NCBI GenBank assembly: GCA_036677065.1
Contig: JAKFBS010000002.1
Location: 576,001 to 640,000, forward strand
Length of the DNA: 64,000 nucleotides
Reading direction: 5' to 3'
Source of the DNA: Bdellovibrio sp.
GTDB taxonomy: Bacteria > Bdellovibrionota > Bdellovibrionia > Bdellovibrionales > Bdellovibrionaceae
Part shown: in pieces, positions 61,618 through 64,000 of the stretch
How the letters are laid out: every line of letters begins with the position of its first letter
Position numbering within the stretch: the first letter of the stretch is position 1
Program-made: the position numbers and the translations under genes
Notes under the pieces: model-generated
Told to the model about the DNA's origin: nothing
The model's input: the letters and a program-made list of their open reading frames with translations, nothing else
The model's database searches: none

Positions 61618-61722
61618 ACTAGAAATGTGAAGTTAGAATCTAGATATTTGTAAAAGCTTTGTCACGCCTTTTCATATTTTTTTTCATGGGACTTTTTATT
61701 GACTAGTTACCTGTATGCGCCA

Positions 61723-62478
61723 ATGATGAATCATGTTGTGTCTAATGAACAAAATTTAAGAACATTCAACATCTTCCACACCCTGAAAATTGCATTTCTG
61801 CCGATTTTTTTAGCGTTATTAGTATCCGGAACCCTAGATCAGTTCATAAACACTAAAATTGAAGCAATTTTACGTTCGCCCCATGGTTTATCACAGACTA
61901 TTTGGTTTTACGGTGCAGTCTCTATTTTTTCATCACTTCTGTTTCCGCTGATTATTACTTTTTTTGCAAGCTACGCCCTGGCCCGCTCGATTCAAGATGT
62001 CGACTATGCCTCATTTATGCCGAAAAGCTTTGATGGCTTTTTTAAAGACAACTTTGAATTATCGTTCTTAGAAACGATCCGCTCTTGGGGAAAAACGTTT
62101 TTATGGACGTTTTTATTTATCATCCCCGGCATTATCAAATTCTTTTTATATATTCCGGTGCCGTTTGTGGTGTTTTTCTCGAAACGTTACCAAGCTGGCG
62201 AAGTCGATGCTTTAAAGCTGTCGCAAAAAATTGCCAAGAAGCATTGGTTTTGGCTTTTAATCTACATGACGATGTTTACTTTCGTATTACCGATGACTTT
62301 GTCTCTTGGTATGGATCAATATCGCGTATTTCGCGAGTACATTGTTTATGCTTCGCTATTAACTGCAATTGATGCGGTGATCGTTATTGTTTTTCACTAC
62401 TATATTTTAAAATTGATTCTAAAATTTATTAAAGACGATGATTTAAAAGGAGCTACTGCACATGGGCTTAATGTTTAA
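61723..62478 (+). CDS. Hypothetical integral membrane protein
   Basis: Several TM segments; FLFIIPGI...ALKLS DUF975-like pattern. Confidence 0.6.
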   Translation: MMNHVVSNEQNLRTFNIFHTLKIAFLPIFLALLVSGTLDQFINTKIEAILRSPHGLSQTIWFYGAVSIFSSLLFPLIITFFASYALARSIQDVDYASFMPKSFDGFFKDNFELSFLETIRSWGKTFLWTFLFIIPGIIKFFLYIPVPFVVFFSKRYQAGEVDALKLSQKIAKKHWFWLLIYMTMFTFVLPMTLSLGMDQYRVFREYIVYASLLTAIDAVIVIVFHYYILKLILKFIKDDDLKGATAHGLNV

Positions 62479-63511
62479 CTGGAAAGATATTAAAAATCGC
62501 GATCACGGCTTAACGTTTGATGACGTGTTAATTATGCCAAAAAAATCTGAGATGAAATCGCGTAAAGACCCGTCATTAAAATCTCGCATCACCAAAACTA
62601 AATTTTTAGAGACTCCTATTATTTCTGCCAACATGGATATGGTGACTGAAGCCCGTATGGCGATTGCTATGCACCAGTTCGGCGGCTTAGGTATTCTTCA
62701 CCGATTCATGGACACTGATAAACAAGTGGCAATGATTGAAGAAGTTAAAGCTTCAGGTGCGGGAATCATTTCTGCAAGTATCGGTGTGAACGCCGATTTT
62801 AAAGAACGCGCGCACGCGATTGTAAAAGCTGGTGTGAATTTGATGACGATTGATATCGCTCACGGGCACTCGATTTCGATGATGGATACTTTAAAATGGC
62901 TAAAAGATACATTTCCTGGTTTAGAAGTTATCGCTGGTAATTTAGCTACGCCTGATGCGGCGATTGATTTGATCGAAGCCGGAGCTGACGCCATTAAAGT
63001 TGGTATCGGCCCGGGCTCGATGTGCACAACTCGTATTATTACTGGATGCGGAGTTCCGCAATTAACAGCAATTGCATTATGTGCTGAAGCTGCTGAAAGT
63101 TACAATGTTCCGGTAATCGCTGATGGTGGTATCAGAACTTCTGGTGACATGGTTAAAGCTTTCGGCGCAGGAGCCTCGGTTATTATGCTGGGTTCGATGT
63201 TATCTGGAACCATTGAAACTCCGGGAGACATCGTCAACGGTAAAAAACAATACCGCGGAATGGCTTCTAAAAAAGCGCAAGTTTCTTGGCGCGGTGATAT
63301 GCCAAAAGGCATGGCTCCAGAAGGTGAATCCACTTTTGTAACTGTTAAGGGTCACGTTGAAGATGTGTTACATGAACTGTGCGGCGGCATCCGTTCTGGT
63401 ATGACTTACATGAATGCGCAAACCATCGCAGAGATGCGTGATAAAACTCATTTTATGGAAATGTCTTCAAACGGAATTTCAGAATCACGCGCTCACGGAG
63501 TGAGAACTTAA
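62462..63511 (+). CDS. IMP dehydrogenase/GMP reductase-family protein lacking CBS domains
   Basis: [45 protein letters not shown]. Confidence 0.88.
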   Translation: MGLMFNWKDIKNRDHGLTFDDVLIMPKKSEMKSRKDPSLKSRITKTKFLETPIISANMDMVTEARMAIAMHQFGGLGILHRFMDTDKQVAMIEEVKASGAGIISASIGVNADFKERAHAIVKAGVNLMTIDIAHGHSISMMDTLKWLKDTFPGLEVIAGNLATPDAAIDLIEAGADAIKVGIGPGSMCTTRIITGCGVPQLTAIALCAEAAESYNVPVIADGGIRTSGDMVKAFGAGASVIMLGSMLSGTIETPGDIVNGKKQYRGMASKKAQVSWRGDMPKGMAPEGESTFVTVKGHVEDVLHELCGGIRSGMTYMNAQTIAEMRDKTHFMEMSSNGISESRAHGVRT

Positions 63512-63513
63512 GA

Positions 63514-64000
63514 ATGTCATTTGATCATCGCCCTATCGGAGTTTTTGATTCAGGAATCGGAGGACTAACAGTTCTTCGTGAACTCTTAAAAAACTTTCCG
63601 GAAGAAAATTTTATTTATCTTGGTGATACTGCACGCCTACCTTATGGCTCTAAATCGGCCGATACGGTTCGTAAGTACACTGAACAAAATATGAATTTTC
63701 TAAAAAATCGCGATGTGAAAGCTATTGTTGTCGCTTGTAATACAGCTTCAACGCAAGTTTTTGAAACTGAGTACGAAGGGCTTCCTGTTTATAATGTGAT
63801 TGATCCAGGCTCTGAATTAGCAGCTAAAATCACCGAAAATAATCGCGTCGCAGTTATTGCAACTCGCGCGACAGTAAAATCTGAAAGCTATACGAAAAAA
63901 ATTAAAAACCACAAACCTGAAATCGAAGTGTTTAGCGCTGCATGCCCGCTGTTTGTTCCGCTGGCTGAAGAAGGCTGGCATGATGACCCGATCACGAACT
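63514..64000 (+). CDS. murI: Glutamate racemase (runs off the window end)
   Basis: Translated by hand: MSFDHRPIGVFDSGIGGL...YLGDTARLPYG.K...VVACNTAS...ACPLFVPLAEEG. Confidence 0.95.
   Translation, partial: MSFDHRPIGVFDSGIGGLTVLRELLKNFPEENFIYLGDTARLPYGSKSADTVRKYTEQNMNFLKNRDVKAIVVACNTASTQVFETEYEGLPVYNVIDPGSELAAKITENNRVAVIATRATVKSESYTKKIKNHKPEIEVFSAACPLFVPLAEEGWHDDPITN

Overview
AT-rich, gene-dense bacterial chromosomal segment. Gene content, the many small secreted proteins and the sigma54/sigma28-type promoters suggest a Bdellovibrionota (Bdellovibrio/Pseudobdellovibrio-like) genome; this taxon call is an inference. Left part (1-31 kb): tryptophan catabolism pair (kynA plus kynureninase-like), S8 protease, diguanylate cyclase, rhomboid, a secreted protein with Fam20C/Four-jointed-type kinase motifs, an iron-uptake locus (desaturase, FutA-like binding protein, TonB, imelysin, TonB-dependent receptor), a MASE1-CHASE-PAS kinase with Hpt-like, receiver and OmpR partners, a Rieske oxygenase and dadA. 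Middle (31-54 kb): a stress cluster (two Hsp20, erythromycin esterase, BON, epimerase-SPW-VKOR fusion) with several sigma54-like promoters, sensor kinases, PLD, chrA, dbpA, copA with a Met-rich partner, and an SDR/TetR pair. Right (54.7-61.6 kb): an integrase-less variable region downstream of tRNA-Leu(TAA), bounded by a duplicated terminator. It holds two ~115-bp repeats that begin with the tRNA 3' end, kup, a toxin-antitoxin-like pair and orphan membrane/lipoprotein genes. It is followed by a CBS-less GuaB/GMP-reductase-family gene and a truncated murI. No CRISPR array, rRNA, transposase or integrase gene was seen. All calls come from reading motifs by eye; no database searches were run.
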